From positions 104,114 to 167,763 of the forward strand of contig CAZVIP010000001.1 in the NCBI GenBank assembly GCA_964627085.1: a stretch of 63,650 nt of DNA. The letters run 5' to 3'. The position numbers and the translations under genes were made by a program. Origin of the DNA: an uncultured Candidatus Saccharibacteria bacterium (lineage in GTDB: Bacteria > Patescibacteriota > Minisyncoccia > Phycocordibacterales > CAIZLB01). Position 1 is the stretch's first letter. Each line of letters opens with the position of its first letter. The notes below the pieces were generated by a model. That model was not told the DNA's origin, did no database searches, and saw only the letters and a program-made list of their open reading frames with translations. Positions 1-10,055 of this stretch are shown here, piece after piece.

Positions 1-468
1 GAACTTCGAAAAGTTTTGGAAAAAAATTCAGACAAAATTGAATTCCACGATTTATCTGGGAGTACCGCAAAAAGACAAGGCGGGCAAAGATCTTTTCCTG
101 CAGGGGGTTTTGGAAAAAGTGGGGGACAAGGCGCCGAGATTAATTCTTTTGCATTTACGGACGCATTTTTTAATAAAGATAAAAGTACTGCAGTTTTTGC
201 ACTGCATCAATTGTTTGATAAAAATACTGCTCCTGAGGAAATCCATGGTGCACTTTGGTGGCAAACAAAAATTGCTTTTCAGGTTCTAAAGAAGGACAAA
301 AAAAGTGTGTCGCCTTTTGTGGTGGGTAAAACTGAGAGGTTTTTAAAGAAATGGGATGAGACCGAGCTCTGCTCTGTGTCTGACAAAATCGTCGAGATAT
401 ATCACGAAGCGCACCTAGGTAAAACAGATTTGAAAGATGGGTTGTTTAGGTTAGTTTTTGCTCTGTAG
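1..468 (+). CDS. C-terminal part of a DNA polymerase III delta (HolA)-like protein; 5' end lies outside the window
   Basis: Frame 1 is open from nt 1 to the stop at 466-468. The pattern FAFTDAFFNKDKSTAVFALHQLF..EEIHGALWWQTK resembles the HolA C-terminal domain. This is motif-level evidence only. Confidence 0.3.
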   Translation, partial: ELRKVLEKNSDKIEFHDLSGSTAKRQGGQRSFPAGGFGKSGGQGAEINSFAFTDAFFNKDKSTAVFALHQLFDKNTAPEEIHGALWWQTKIAFQVLKKDKKSVSPFVVGKTERFLKKWDETELCSVSDKIVEIYHEAHLGKTDLKDGLFRLVFAL

Positions 469-708
469 TCTGTCTACCAATATCTTATTTCGCTTCGTCT
501 TGATTGAATTGATTGGTGCTTTAGTAAAATCTTTGGAATTTAATTTTCTCCCAATGTTTGATTCAACACAACTGATGCAGAGCATGCCTTTGATTTTAGG
601 GTTTGCTCTTTTCCAAACTTTGCTATAAAGCATGTAATATTCATTCCAGGTATCCTTTTTACACTGAATGCAAAGGAAATTTTTGTGTAGTTTTGGTGTG
701 TTGTTCAT
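451..708 (-). CDS. small Cys-rich (CxxC...CxxC) zinc-ribbon-like protein
   Basis: 85-aa ORF with CIQC ... CISC pairs and a basic tail. No family recognised. Confidence 0.4.
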   Translation of the reverse strand: MNNTPKLHKNFLCIQCKKDTWNEYYMLYSKVWKRANPKIKGMLCISCVESNIGRKLNSKDFTKAPINSIKTKRNKILVDRLQSKN

Positions 709-775
709 ATTCCCTGGGGTAGGGTTTTGTTGATAATCAAATCTAGGAAAACAGAGATATTGGAGAATTTATTTG

Positions 776-848
776 TGCGCCCGGTTGGAATCGAACCAAC
801 GACCCTCTGCTTAAAAGGCAGGTGCTCTACCGACTGAGCTACGAGCGC
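776..848 (-). tRNA. tRNA-Lys (anticodon UUU)
   Basis: The reverse complement gcgctcgtagctcagtcggtagagcacctgccttttaagcagagggtcgttggttcgattccaaccgggcgca folds as a cloverleaf with a 7-bp acceptor stem, anticodon loop cTTTTaa and T-loop ttcgatt. Confidence 0.9.
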
Positions 849-931
849 GTGGAAAACAATATATCAATAAATTGCAGAAAAGTCCACAAATAGGCTATAG
901 TAACCCGTGTTACAAGGTCTTGGATGACCTG

Positions 932-1468
932 ATGTCACATTATATGAAAGATAAAACAGACTTAGTACTCATAATCCCTAATATTCGCAGTGCCCACAAC
1001 GTTGGGTCGCTCTTTCGATCTGCAGACGGTGCAGGGTTTGGTTTTGTGTATCTAGTCGGATACACATCAACGCTTTTGGATAAATTCGGAAGGATAAGTA
1101 AGCCCCAAAAAGAAATAGCCAAAACAGCGCTCGGTGCTGAAAAGATAATACCGAGTGAGTATGTACCCGAACTACCTACGGTTATTGCAAAACTAAAACA
1201 AGAAGGATATTTTGTTGTTGGTCTCGAGCAAGATGAAAATTCCATCAAAATCGAATCAAAAGAACAAAAAGAAAATTTGATAGAAATCTTAAAAGAAAAA
1301 AACAAAATCGCACTCGTAGTTGGGGAAGAGGTAAACGGCATGACAGAGTCTGACAAGTTGTTGGTGGATATGTTTTTGGAACTTCCAATGCGTGGTGAAA
1401 AAGAGTCTCTTAATGTCTCAGTTGCCGGTGGTATCGCGATGTATTTAATTGCAGAGATTGTCTTTTAG
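932..1468 (+). CDS. SpoU/TrmH-family RNA 2'-O-methyltransferase
   Basis: Motifs NIRSAHNVGSLFRSADGAG, VVGEEVNGM and LNVSVAGGIAMY match the SPOUT knot motifs. The ORF is open from a TTG at 872; the ATG at 932 is chosen as the more likely start. Confidence 0.75.
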   Translation: MSHYMKDKTDLVLIIPNIRSAHNVGSLFRSADGAGFGFVYLVGYTSTLLDKFGRISKPQKEIAKTALGAEKIIPSEYVPELPTVIAKLKQEGYFVVGLEQDENSIKIESKEQKENLIEILKEKNKIALVVGEEVNGMTESDKLLVDMFLELPMRGEKESLNVSVAGGIAMYLIAEIVF

Positions 1469-1534
1469 GTGATGGGTTTTATTTGGATTTTCGCTCAGCT
1501 TAAGATTAATTTGGTCAGCGACAGGGTTATGAAA

Positions 1535-2536
1535 TTAATACAACACTTGGTGCGTCTCACAAAAATGACCACTGCGGCCGCCAATAATTGAACGGATAAT
1601 TTTTCCTGAGCAATTTTTCTTTTCACAATCTGTGCCGGTCTTTCTATATGCTTTATGTTCACCTTGAAATTTTCCGCGCAAGCCATAAATATTTCTATAA
1701 TCAGACATTGAGTCACCACCAAAATCCAAACCTTTTTGTAAAACTTCTTTTGTGGCGAGAAACATTTCTTTTTTGTTTTTCTCTGGAATTTTTGCAAATG
1801 TGCTTCGTGGGTGCACTGATGCTCTCCATAGAATTTCATCAGAATATATATTTCCTATACCAGAAATTAATGTCTGATCCATGAGTGCTTGTTTGATTGG
1901 TGTTTTATTTCTTTTGTCCAACGCCTCACAAAAAATATTGAATGTGAATTTCTCATCAAGTGGCTCAGGGCCAAGATGACTAATTTCAGGGCTATGATTA
2001 ATGTTTTTTGTCTCAATGAGTGTAATTTTCCCAAACTTACGCATGTCTGACATGACCAAATGTTTTGATTTTTTCGTGCCAGTTTTAATTTCTTTTTGGA
2101 TTGTAATAACAAAGTGAATGAATCGGTTGAAAGGATCGGTGAGCGGATTTTCTTTTGACTGATCCATAGGTTTCCAGGGTTCGTTTATTGTCACCCCGCC
2201 CCCGTCACTACTTTTTTTAGGAAGTGTATTATGCGCACCGCTTTTATCAAATACATATTCTCCACACATAATATGTCCGGTCATTTTCATATGTATCAAA
2301 ATTGTGTGACCACTCGATAGGTCGATGAGAATGTTTTTTGCACGACGATGTGCCTTGATGATTTTTGCTCCAATTATTTTTTTGCGGAAAAGAGCAAAAA
2401 ACTCCGGATTCTTCACCTCATCTTTATTTTTGTAAAAAGGACTATTATAGTCAGTCCACACATCGGCTATTGTCCAATTTTTCGCAACTTCATTTATTCC
2501 ATCTACAGTTGTTTGTACCTCGGGTAATTCAGGCAT
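1535..2536 (-). CDS. mutM: formamidopyrimidine-DNA glycosylase (Fpg/MutM)
   Basis: N-terminus MPELPEV, an H2TH region (LMDQTLISGIGNIYSDEILW) and a C-terminal zinc finger CxxC..C..C. It is longer than typical because of an internal insertion. Confidence 0.85.
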   Translation of the reverse strand: MPELPEVQTTVDGINEVAKNWTIADVWTDYNSPFYKNKDEVKNPEFFALFRKKIIGAKIIKAHRRAKNILIDLSSGHTILIHMKMTGHIMCGEYVFDKSGAHNTLPKKSSDGGGVTINEPWKPMDQSKENPLTDPFNRFIHFVITIQKEIKTGTKKSKHLVMSDMRKFGKITLIETKNINHSPEISHLGPEPLDEKFTFNIFCEALDKRNKTPIKQALMDQTLISGIGNIYSDEILWRASVHPRSTFAKIPEKNKKEMFLATKEVLQKGLDFGGDSMSDYRNIYGLRGKFQGEHKAYRKTGTDCEKKNCSGKIIRSIIGGRSGHFCETHQVLY

Positions 2537-2678
2537 GGTGTTTTTATTGTGTATCCTCGTTTAGTATTTTTGTTTAATATCACACTAAGAAAAAAAGCGG
2601 AAAAAAGGTGGGGCAACTCAGAGCTTAATTCAAAGCTAAACCTAAACCCAAGACTAAACCCAAACCCAAATCAAACCC

Positions 2679-3281
2679 CTAGCCCAAAACCTTAAGCAAG
2701 GCTTTGATCTTTTCTCCGGTATCCTTTGATCTAATATCTGGGCCAAGTTTCTCAAGGGCTTCCTTCGCTTCACGGTGTGTGTATCCGAGTGATTTTAGTG
2801 CCTCAAGAGTATCGATATCACTTTGGTTAATAGGTGAGACGCCGGTGCTTGTGATACCTGTCTTTGGATCTGTATGTCCAATCGCAGCGAGCTTACCTTT
2901 GAGTTCGAGGACGATTTTTTCAGCTGCTTTTTTTCCAATACCTGAAATTGATGTGAGGTATGAGGTTTCCTCCATGACAACAGCGTCGCGTATCTTTTCA
3001 TAACCTGCAGCATTAAGGATTCCTAGGGCTGTTTTTGGTCCAACCCCTGAGACGGTGAGGAGGTGGTCAAACATTTCACGGCTCTCTTTGAGGATAAAGC
3101 CATATAAATCTATGGCGTCCTCGCGTACAGCTGTATATACCCAAAGACTCACGGGTTCGGCAATGCGCGTTATTTCTAGATCTCTTTCGGTCATTGAGAC
3201 TTTATATCCAACACCACCTGTTTGCACAATGGCGTATTTTTGTTCCTTATGGAGAAGTATTCCAGATAGATGGGCAATCAT
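2679..3281 (-). CDS. ruvA: Holliday junction branch migration protein RuvA
   Basis: MIAHLSGIL...GGVGYKV N-terminus, HhH motifs (VSGVGPKTALGIL, ISGIGKKAAEKIV) and C-terminal domain III. Confidence 0.9.
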   Translation of the reverse strand: MIAHLSGILLHKEQKYAIVQTGGVGYKVSMTERDLEITRIAEPVSLWVYTAVREDAIDLYGFILKESREMFDHLLTVSGVGPKTALGILNAAGYEKIRDAVVMEETSYLTSISGIGKKAAEKIVLELKGKLAAIGHTDPKTGITSTGVSPINQSDIDTLEALKSLGYTHREAKEALEKLGPDIRSKDTGEKIKALLKVLG

Positions 3282-3429
3282 GGCTGTATTGTATCAGATT
3301 GTAAAAATTATTGTTTTGAGTATTATGCAGGAGGAAAGCGGTCAATGTGCCCGAGTGGGCGCATCAGGTATCGCTAAGAATAACCAGTACAAACAATGTA
3401 TATTTGTATGTGCCAAACAACATCACTAT

Positions 3430-3663
3430 ATGAGCGCTAAACAAAAGACAGATAAAAGAGACAGAAAAAATCCCCCAACAATGAGACGTAATCTATTTAC
3501 TAAAATTGATCCTGATATTAAAGAGCTGGCAAAAAAGCTCGCCGCAGACAGCTGTATGACACTCGAAGGTTGGTCTGCAGCGGCAATTGAGGATGCTGTC
3601 AAACAGGGTGTCACCTTTAAATGGGTGAGAGTGCCTGGAGGGGCCAAGAAAACAGATGAATAA
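3430..3663 (+). CDS. small hypothetical protein (77 aa)
   Basis: Internal ATG of the 3055..3663 ORF, downstream of the part that merely shadows ruvA. Basic N-terminus. No family recognised. Confidence 0.3.
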   Translation: MSAKQKTDKRDRKNPPTMRRNLFTKIDPDIKELAKKLAADSCMTLEGWSAAAIEDAVKQGVTFKWVRVPGGAKKTDE

Positions 3664-3773
3664 CCTGTGAATTGAGTGATTTAATGCTAAATTTACCCCG
3701 CTACACCCCACCTGTGTTTTACATGGGTGGGGTGTTGTTAATTTTCCAGTCTGTGTTAATATGCACATTACAT

Positions 3774-4037
3774 ATGCCAATCACAAAATCTGCAAAAAAG
3801 GCACTTCGAGTCTCTGATCGTAAGCGAGTTGTAAATATTCGACGAAAGAAGACAGTTGAAGTAGCTGTAAAAAGTGTTAAAAAATTAGTTGTTAGTGGAG
3901 AAAAGAAGGCTGTAGCAGGCGCTATGTCACTTGCGTACAAGGCTCTCGACAAGGCTGCAAAGAACGGTCTTATCAAAAAAGGTGCTGCTTCTCGAAAGAA
4001 GTCACGACTCGCAGCTCTTGCAAAGAAAATCGCGTAA
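3774..4037 (+). CDS. rpsT: 30S ribosomal protein S20
   Basis: MPITKSAKKALRVSDRKRVVNIRRK... is a typical S20 N-terminus and the composition is basic and helical. The start is an internal ATG of ORF 3672..4037. Confidence 0.85.
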   Translation: MPITKSAKKALRVSDRKRVVNIRRKKTVEVAVKSVKKLVVSGEKKAVAGAMSLAYKALDKAAKNGLIKKGAASRKKSRLAALAKKIA

Positions 4038-4056
4038 TCTCAGTTTTAAATAAAAC

Positions 4057-4093
4057 AAACAAAAACAACCACATGATGTGGTTGTTTTTGTTT
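4057..4093 (+). terminator. rho-independent terminator after rpsT
   Basis: 16-bp stem aaacaaaaacaaccac / gtggttgtttttgttt with loop atgat and a T-rich 3' arm. Confidence 0.6.
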
Positions 4094-4190
4094 GTGGGTC
4101 ATGAAAATGATGTGGGACAAGGATTTACAGGTGGGCACTGCTGTGTATAGCCTGCGCACAGTATGTGCACAACTTGTAGTATAGGTGGAA

Positions 4191-4793
4191 CTAAAGACTC
4201 ACTCCAAAAATCTCTTCTTTGAGCTCTTTGCCGAGCTCTTTTTCAACTTCATGTTTTCTTGTTGATACTAGGTGCATAATAGTGTCTTTGACTTCTTGTG
4301 GTCTAGGAATTTGCTGGAAGGTGAAGTGTTTTTCTGATCCAGCTGATTGTACTTTGATATTTCCGAAATTGACCATAGTGGCAAGTGCGCCATCAACATC
4401 GAGGGATACGTCTTGGATTTTATCAATAGCAAGCTCAGAGACACTTCTGTTAAAGAAGCCATGTTGAATACTGTTAATAATTCGCATATTTGTCACAATC
4501 CATGAGTCGAGTGTGTACATAGTAAGAGAGTAGAAGAGTGAGTACCAAAGGATGAGATAGTACAAAGCCCAGAGCGCTGCGAAAAAGGGGAGTAGGTGGA
4601 GCGATGAAATCGCTTTACCAAAAATACCTAGCACAATAAAAGGGATGAAAAAACCAACTGTAATAGCGAATATTTTGCTCGCAATTGTAAACCAATGTCT
4701 GTGGAGGAAGATAATTACTTCTTCACCTTCTTTTTTACCCTCAAACCCATAGGATGTTGAATATAGGAATGAAAAAATACCTTTAATACTCAT
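4191..4793 (-). CDS. membrane protein with a bacterial PH (YdbS/YdbT-like) domain
   Basis: Two or three TM helices followed by ...VNFGNIKVQSAGSEKHFTFQQIPRPQEV, which is typical of bPH_2 domains. Confidence 0.45.
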   Translation of the reverse strand: MSIKGIFSFLYSTSYGFEGKKEGEEVIIFLHRHWFTIASKIFAITVGFFIPFIVLGIFGKAISSLHLLPFFAALWALYYLILWYSLFYSLTMYTLDSWIVTNMRIINSIQHGFFNRSVSELAIDKIQDVSLDVDGALATMVNFGNIKVQSAGSEKHFTFQQIPRPQEVKDTIMHLVSTRKHEVEKELGKELKEEIFGVSL

Positions 4794-4794
4794 A

Positions 4795-5043
4795 TTATTG
4801 ATTAAAATTAAATAGACTAATATTGCTTATATTAAGGATTTGACCAAAATCCACTTGAGAAAAGAGGAGTACTGCAACCATGGTGAGAACAAGCGAACCC
4901 GCGAGAAAGATAACCGCGATGCGCTTAGGTTGTCCACTCACACCGAAACGAATAAGGTGATAAAGAATAAAAAAGGAAGCCGTCCAATATACTAAAACCA
5001 CAAAAGCGAAAATTAGCTTGGCGATATCATTAGCTGTAAGCAT
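4795..5043 (-). CDS. small integral membrane protein
   Basis: 82 aa with two hydrophobic helices. The adjacent stop and start leave a 1-nt gap to the downstream gene, suggesting co-transcription. Confidence 0.4.
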   Translation of the reverse strand: MLTANDIAKLIFAFVVLVYWTASFFILYHLIRFGVSGQPKRIAVIFLAGSLVLTMVAVLLFSQVDFGQILNISNISLFNFNQ

Positions 5044-5092
5044 GGATAGATTATATCACCAAAAAACAGCCTGTAGTTGGATAGGCAGGTGT

Positions 5093-5632
5093 TTAACCCC
5101 GAGAAGTGCGTTGGTTGTATCTAAAGCTGAACCAGACTACTTCCATAGCCTTCAATTCTTCAATTGGCTCAAGTTTGTATTTTTGTAGGCCACTTTCATT
5201 TGTTATGCCGTAACTTGTTTTTTTATCTGCAACGAATCGGGCAGATTCTTGGGTGTTATTGGTATCTATGAATGAAAATTTAGTGTTATCAACTAAATTT
5301 TGTAGCACCGGAAGTGTTGCACAGGTATTTTCGTGTAAAACATCTCTTCCTGTTTTTTTCACCAAGAAAAGCCTTGGGTTTGGTATTGAAAAAAGTAAGC
5401 TTTTGTCCCAGTCAAAATGCTTAGCAAAGGTGAGTTCTTTAGCTATGTCATTTAGGTGGGGTACTAGCATGATTGTCTCGCTAGAGTTTGTTTGGATCAA
5501 TAATTCCTTGGCCTCTTGAAATGATTTTACAAACATAATCTCCGGGTTAAGACCGAACGACTCAATCATGTGCAAAACCGCCCTGTGACAACAGGTGTCT
5601 TCTTCTAGTGAAATTATTTTCTCAACTTTCAT
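5093..5632 (-). CDS. hypothetical protein, possibly a prephenate-dehydratase-like (PDT) domain without an ACT domain
   Basis: The C-terminal pattern NTQESARFVADKKTSYGITNESGLQKYKLEPIEE resembles the PDT-domain pattern (S..aa..va.g..d.aI.s..aa..y.L). Confidence 0.3.
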   Translation of the reverse strand: MKVEKIISLEEDTCCHRAVLHMIESFGLNPEIMFVKSFQEAKELLIQTNSSETIMLVPHLNDIAKELTFAKHFDWDKSLLFSIPNPRLFLVKKTGRDVLHENTCATLPVLQNLVDNTKFSFIDTNNTQESARFVADKKTSYGITNESGLQKYKLEPIEELKAMEVVWFSFRYNQRTSRG

Positions 5633-5685
5633 TTTACTTAATTAGCAATACTGTTGCTTTTCGCCTACGTGTTTACTTTAACTAG

Positions 5686-5757
5686 TGGTCCCATTAGGAA
5701 TCGAACCTAAATTTTGAGTTCCGCAAACTCATGTCCTATCCATTGAACGATGGGACC
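5686..5757 (-). tRNA. tRNA-Arg (anticodon GCG)
   Basis: The reverse complement ggtcccatcgttcaatggataggacatgagtttgcggaactcaaaatttaggttcgattcctaatgggacca has acceptor ggtccca/tgggacc and anticodon loop ttGCGga. Confidence 0.85.
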
Positions 5758-5821
5758 ATGGGGCTTTTTATAACATATTATATAGATAAAACAAAGCCCT
5801 ATGAATAGGGTTTTGTTGGGT

Positions 5822-6292
5822 TTAGAACCCTAACCTTTCCATTACTTTCTGCAGGAACGGTTCATAGTGTTCCTCTTCGAGGAGGTGGTGCAGTAGGAAA
5901 TCCCGGATATCCAATGGGCTTACACCTTCGATTGGAATAACGATAAGGGCACCTTTGACACCTCTAGGTTTAAAAAAAAGTTTAGATGGTTCATCAGTGT
6001 GGTCATTATTTTCAACCCAAAAAGAACGAAGTGTTCCAAAAGGTTTCAGTTCTTTGTCTATAAGGACACCAGCTTTGCTGATCTCGAAACGTACAAGTTT
6101 TGGCACTCGCTTGCTTGCAACAATAAGGGCAAAAGTGGACACAACTATTACAATTGCGAACATGATATTTCCAAGAATAACTGAGATAAGGGCGATTGAT
6201 CCTGCAATAATTCCTACTGCCCAATACCAGTCGCTTGTTTTTTCGACGTGATCATATTCAAGTGCTTCCCAAATTAGAGGTCCTTGTATCAT
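5822..6292 (-). CDS. membrane protein, function unknown
   Basis: 156 aa with two central TM helices. No recognised motif. Confidence 0.45.
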   Translation of the reverse strand: MIQGPLIWEALEYDHVEKTSDWYWAVGIIAGSIALISVILGNIMFAIVIVVSTFALIVASKRVPKLVRFEISKAGVLIDKELKPFGTLRSFWVENNDHTDEPSKLFFKPRGVKGALIVIPIEGVSPLDIRDFLLHHLLEEEHYEPFLQKVMERLGF

Positions 6293-6392
6293 GTTTGTAT
6301 TTTATCATAATTTAATGTGCAATATCTATTATTGGGTATATTGAGATATAATATTGAGGTTAGGTTTATATTTATAAGAGCAAAACACATAT

Positions 6393-9300
6393 ATGGAATT
6401 ATTTATACTTATTATAAGCATTGTTTTAATTATTAGACTTTGGATTAAGGTAGGGGACCTAGAGGCTCGAATTGATGGTCTTCAGGCTACTGGTAGTGAA
6501 GTGGCCAGTGCTTCTGTGGCTGATGCAAGTGCTCTTCATTCAGGTGAGCGTGTTGTTTCTGCGAGTACTCTAGACACAGGTGGTCATGACCTGAATCTTC
6601 CAGGTGCAACCGTACTAGATGGCGCAGGGGATTCTCGAACAACTGGACAGGTTACCGCTTTTGATGAAGTGGTAAATGATGCCAGTCACAAGGACAATAC
6701 TGAATTTGTCTGGGCAAAATACCTTGCGCGTGCTGGTGTATTTGCGATTCTCGTTGGTCTTGCGTTCTTGCTCAAGCTCGCAATTGACTATAACTGGATT
6801 GGTGTAATGGGACGAATTGCCATTGGCTTTATTGTTGGTATGACAGGTCTCGTTGTAGGACAATTGCTTAGACATAAATATAAATCATACTCTGATGTAT
6901 TAATTGGTGGTGGTATTGCAGTCTTGTATCTAACTATTTTTGCGGCTCATTATTTCTATGATCTTATTGGTGCGCCAGTTGCGCTTGGGCTCATGGTTGG
7001 TGTGACGGCACTTTCAGTCATGATGAGTGTTATTGATAACTCACCATCGCTTGCACGTATGGGTGTAGTAGGTGGTTTTCTTGCACCTCTTCTTATCTCT
7101 ATTGATAAAGCTGGCCTAGTAGAGTTACTTACATATGCACTTATTCTCGATCTTGGTGTACTTGCTATATCTTTCAAGCAGAGATGGCATGAACTTAACT
7201 TCATTGCATTCGTTGGTACATTTATTCTGTATGTGACCGCTTTGTCACAATCATTCACACAGGATTACAGGATGGTAGTGTTTATGTTTACAACCTGTTA
7301 TTTCTTGGTGTTCTTGGCTGTTTCAGTGATGCATCATATTTTGAGGAAAGAGAAATCTGCAAACCGAGATGTTGTCTTTATTACTCTCAATGCTATTTGG
7401 TATGGTGTTGCAACATATCTACTCCTTGCACCTATTACAGAGAATTTCTTAGGTTTCTATATGCTCGGCATTGCAATTATTTATGCAGTAGTCGCCTTCG
7501 TGTCATTTATTAGAGATAGGGAGGATAGGATATTGAATACATATCTTACTGGTCTTTGTGTGGTGTTCCTCACGGCTGCTGTGCCGATGCAGTTTGATGG
7601 AATGTGGATTACATCAGTTTGGTTCTTGGAGGCGGTGATTCTATTTTTTGTCGACTTTAGTCTAAGGGGCAAAAACCTATACAGCCTCGGAACTGTCGTC
7701 TTTGGTATGGGGCTATTCCGTTTCTTTGTACTCGACAATTTCCCGGTAGTTGAAAAGTTTGTTCCAGTGTTCAACTCACGTTTCGGTATGTTGATATTTA
7801 TTATTGTTGTGGCATCGGTACTTGCGGTTATTGTTCACAAAGCGTCAGTTGTATTTACTGAATACCTCAAGGGAATGGAGGCAGATAGTGCGAGTATGGG
7901 TGGTGCGAAAATCGAGGGCGCCGTTGCTGGTGGAGTAAATGGTACAAATGAAACACAGTCTGCACATTCAACAGAACAAAATACTGAAATACAAAAATCA
8001 AAAGAATCTTGGATAAATCTTGATGATATTAAAAACCTCAAGAATATTTCTGTTGCGCTCTTTATCATCATGAACTTGATTTCAATCTTTGCCATCACAT
8101 CCGAAATCGGAAGACATTACGATGCAAAAATTAATCAGGCATATGTAGAGCAGAGTACAAAGATAAATGCCATGAACGGATATCGAGGTGATATTACAAA
8201 TAATGAACAGGCGAATCTTTGGGAAGGTTACTATGACAAAGCACAATCGCTCCGCAATAGAGAAAATACTGCCGTATCAGTTGCTTGGGCGCTTTATGCG
8301 ACACTTCTTCTTGTTCTTGGATTCACAAAGAAGAGCAAAGCACTCCGGATCGCTGGCCTCATCCTTATGTTCGCAACCATGATTAAGGTTTTCCTTGCAA
8401 TATGGAGTATTGGTGGTGTGTATCGAGTGGTCAGTTCAATTGCAATCGGTGTCATAGCACTTGTAGGTTCATTCCTTTATGCAAAATATGCAGAGAGAAT
8501 CAAAGGGACAATAATCGGTACGCTTATCCTTGTTTTGATGTCGGGTGTATTCGGAGCTATGCCATCTGGGCTCTTTCATCCAAATTATGCAAACGCAGAT
8601 ACTGTGGTCGCAAATGCAAATGATCAAGTTTCAAAATATCAATTCAAATCAACACTCAATACAAATAGCCAGACGGGCTTAATTGAAGCAAATATTCCTG
8701 TTGATGTACTCACACATTCTGATTTGGTTGATATCAAAATTGTCGATCAAAACAGCACGGTTGTGCCATATACTATTATTTCTGGTAATAGTCGAAGCGC
8801 GGCAGGGACACAAGGTCTATCTGGTACAGGTAATGAAGATATTTCAGCGAGTATTTCCGACAGTGTTTCAAATAATGGCCAGTCATCAGCTATTTTGGAT
8901 TTAGGCAAAGACGGAGTCTTGCATGACTCGGTCAATCTTTCTGTCTCTGGCCCAAGTAATTTCTCTCGTAATGTTGAGGTGTATACAGCAGATACTAGAC
9001 TCCCGCTTACATCTTCTGCCTGGAACCTGGTTACAAAAAATGGCTATATTTATTCATATGTTGATGGAAATGCTGGTATTACATTAACAAACACAGCTGT
9101 CACATACCCAAAAAGCTCAGGCCGATACATTAAGATAGTTATTTCTTCAGAAAAGAAATTTTCAGACAAAGGTGACTCACTTAACCAAGACGGGTCTTCT
9201 TACATATCTATAAATGGTGCAATCATCGGACAAGTCTCTGGTGCATATCAAAACAGAAGTAAATCTGTGATGGATATAACTCCAAAGCAGGTAATTGTTT

Positions 9301-9941
9301 TGCAAAACAATGAAGAAAAGAGCACGGAAATCTCAATTGATCTTGGTGATTCTGGAATATATACAAACAAGCTTGATTTGAAATTACAGGATCCATCTGC
9401 TCAATTTATCAGAAGATATACAGTACAAGGCTCAGATAGCTTGGATGCAAATAACTGGAGACTTCTTGATAGTGGGCAAATATTCAATATCAAAAAAGAT
9501 TTATTCTCTGGATCTGATTTGCAAATTGATTATCCTGAAGTAAGAACAAGGTTCATTAGGGTAAACATATTCAACAAAGACGACAGTCCAATCACTTTTA
9601 GTCCTGATGTAAAACTGCAGAGTGTTGTACGTACAATTATATTTAGCTCCAACCCTGATGCGACATATACTATGTATTACGGTGTAGATTCTAGTTTGAG
9701 TGTTGCTCCACAGTATGATTTTTCAACTCTTGTTTCGTATCAAACAGCAAAGGCTTCAATTGGTAATATCACAACTGTTACAACAAACCCATTTTACAAA
9801 GCACCTGAATTACCAAAAAAACCATGGTCAGATAGAAATAAAATTATCTTGAATTCCACACTGGTTATACTTGTACTCCTTGTTGGTTCTATGATGTATA
9901 TCTACATCCGAAAAAATAGACAAGGTCCGCTTCTTGGGTAG
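6393..9941 (+). CDS. very large polytopic membrane protein: DUF2339-like multi-TM N-terminal two-thirds fused to a DUF3999-like extracytoplasmic beta-rich region with a terminal TM anchor
   Basis: 1182-aa ORF. An N-terminal helix carries an L..LEARIDGLQ coiled segment. It is followed by more than 15 hydrophobic helices in two blocks, then about 400 aa of Ser/Thr/Asn-rich soluble sequence, then a final TM (ILNSTLVILVLLVGSMMYIYI) and RKNRQ. Family names are recalled by architecture and were not searched. Confidence 0.5.
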   Translation: MELFILIISIVLIIRLWIKVGDLEARIDGLQATGSEVASASVADASALHSGERVVSASTLDTGGHDLNLPGATVLDGAGDSRTTGQVTAFDEVVNDASHKDNTEFVWAKYLARAGVFAILVGLAFLLKLAIDYNWIGVMGRIAIGFIVGMTGLVVGQLLRHKYKSYSDVLIGGGIAVLYLTIFAAHYFYDLIGAPVALGLMVGVTALSVMMSVIDNSPSLARMGVVGGFLAPLLISIDKAGLVELLTYALILDLGVLAISFKQRWHELNFIAFVGTFILYVTALSQSFTQDYRMVVFMFTTCYFLVFLAVSVMHHILRKEKSANRDVVFITLNAIWYGVATYLLLAPITENFLGFYMLGIAIIYAVVAFVSFIRDREDRILNTYLTGLCVVFLTAAVPMQFDGMWITSVWFLEAVILFFVDFSLRGKNLYSLGTVVFGMGLFRFFVLDNFPVVEKFVPVFNSRFGMLIFIIVVASVLAVIVHKASVVFTEYLKGMEADSASMGGAKIEGAVAGGVNGTNETQSAHSTEQNTEIQKSKESWINLDDIKNLKNISVALFIIMNLISIFAITSEIGRHYDAKINQAYVEQSTKINAMNGYRGDITNNEQANLWEGYYDKAQSLRNRENTAVSVAWALYATLLLVLGFTKKSKALRIAGLILMFATMIKVFLAIWSIGGVYRVVSSIAIGVIALVGSFLYAKYAERIKGTIIGTLILVLMSGVFGAMPSGLFHPNYANADTVVANANDQVSKYQFKSTLNTNSQTGLIEANIPVDVLTHSDLVDIKIVDQNSTVVPYTIISGNSRSAAGTQGLSGTGNEDISASISDSVSNNGQSSAILDLGKDGVLHDSVNLSVSGPSNFSRNVEVYTADTRLPLTSSAWNLVTKNGYIYSYVDGNAGITLTNTAVTYPKSSGRYIKIVISSEKKFSDKGDSLNQDGSSYISINGAIIGQVSGAYQNRSKSVMDITPKQVIVLQNNEEKSTEISIDLGDSGIYTNKLDLKLQDPSAQFIRRYTVQGSDSLDANNWRLLDSGQIFNIKKDLFSGSDLQIDYPEVRTRFIRVNIFNKDDSPITFSPDVKLQSVVRTIIFSSNPDATYTMYYGVDSSLSVAPQYDFSTLVSYQTAKASIGNITTVTTNPFYKAPELPKKPWSDRNKIILNSTLVILVLLVGSMMYIYIRKNRQGPLLG

Positions 9942-10055
9942 AATACCTGGATGATGTGATATTGTTATCAGCTATACAAAAAAGTACTTAAAAAAGGAGG
10001 GGCTTGGTGTGTTTTTATCAAATAATAAATATGGTGCTATTATTGTCTTAATAAT

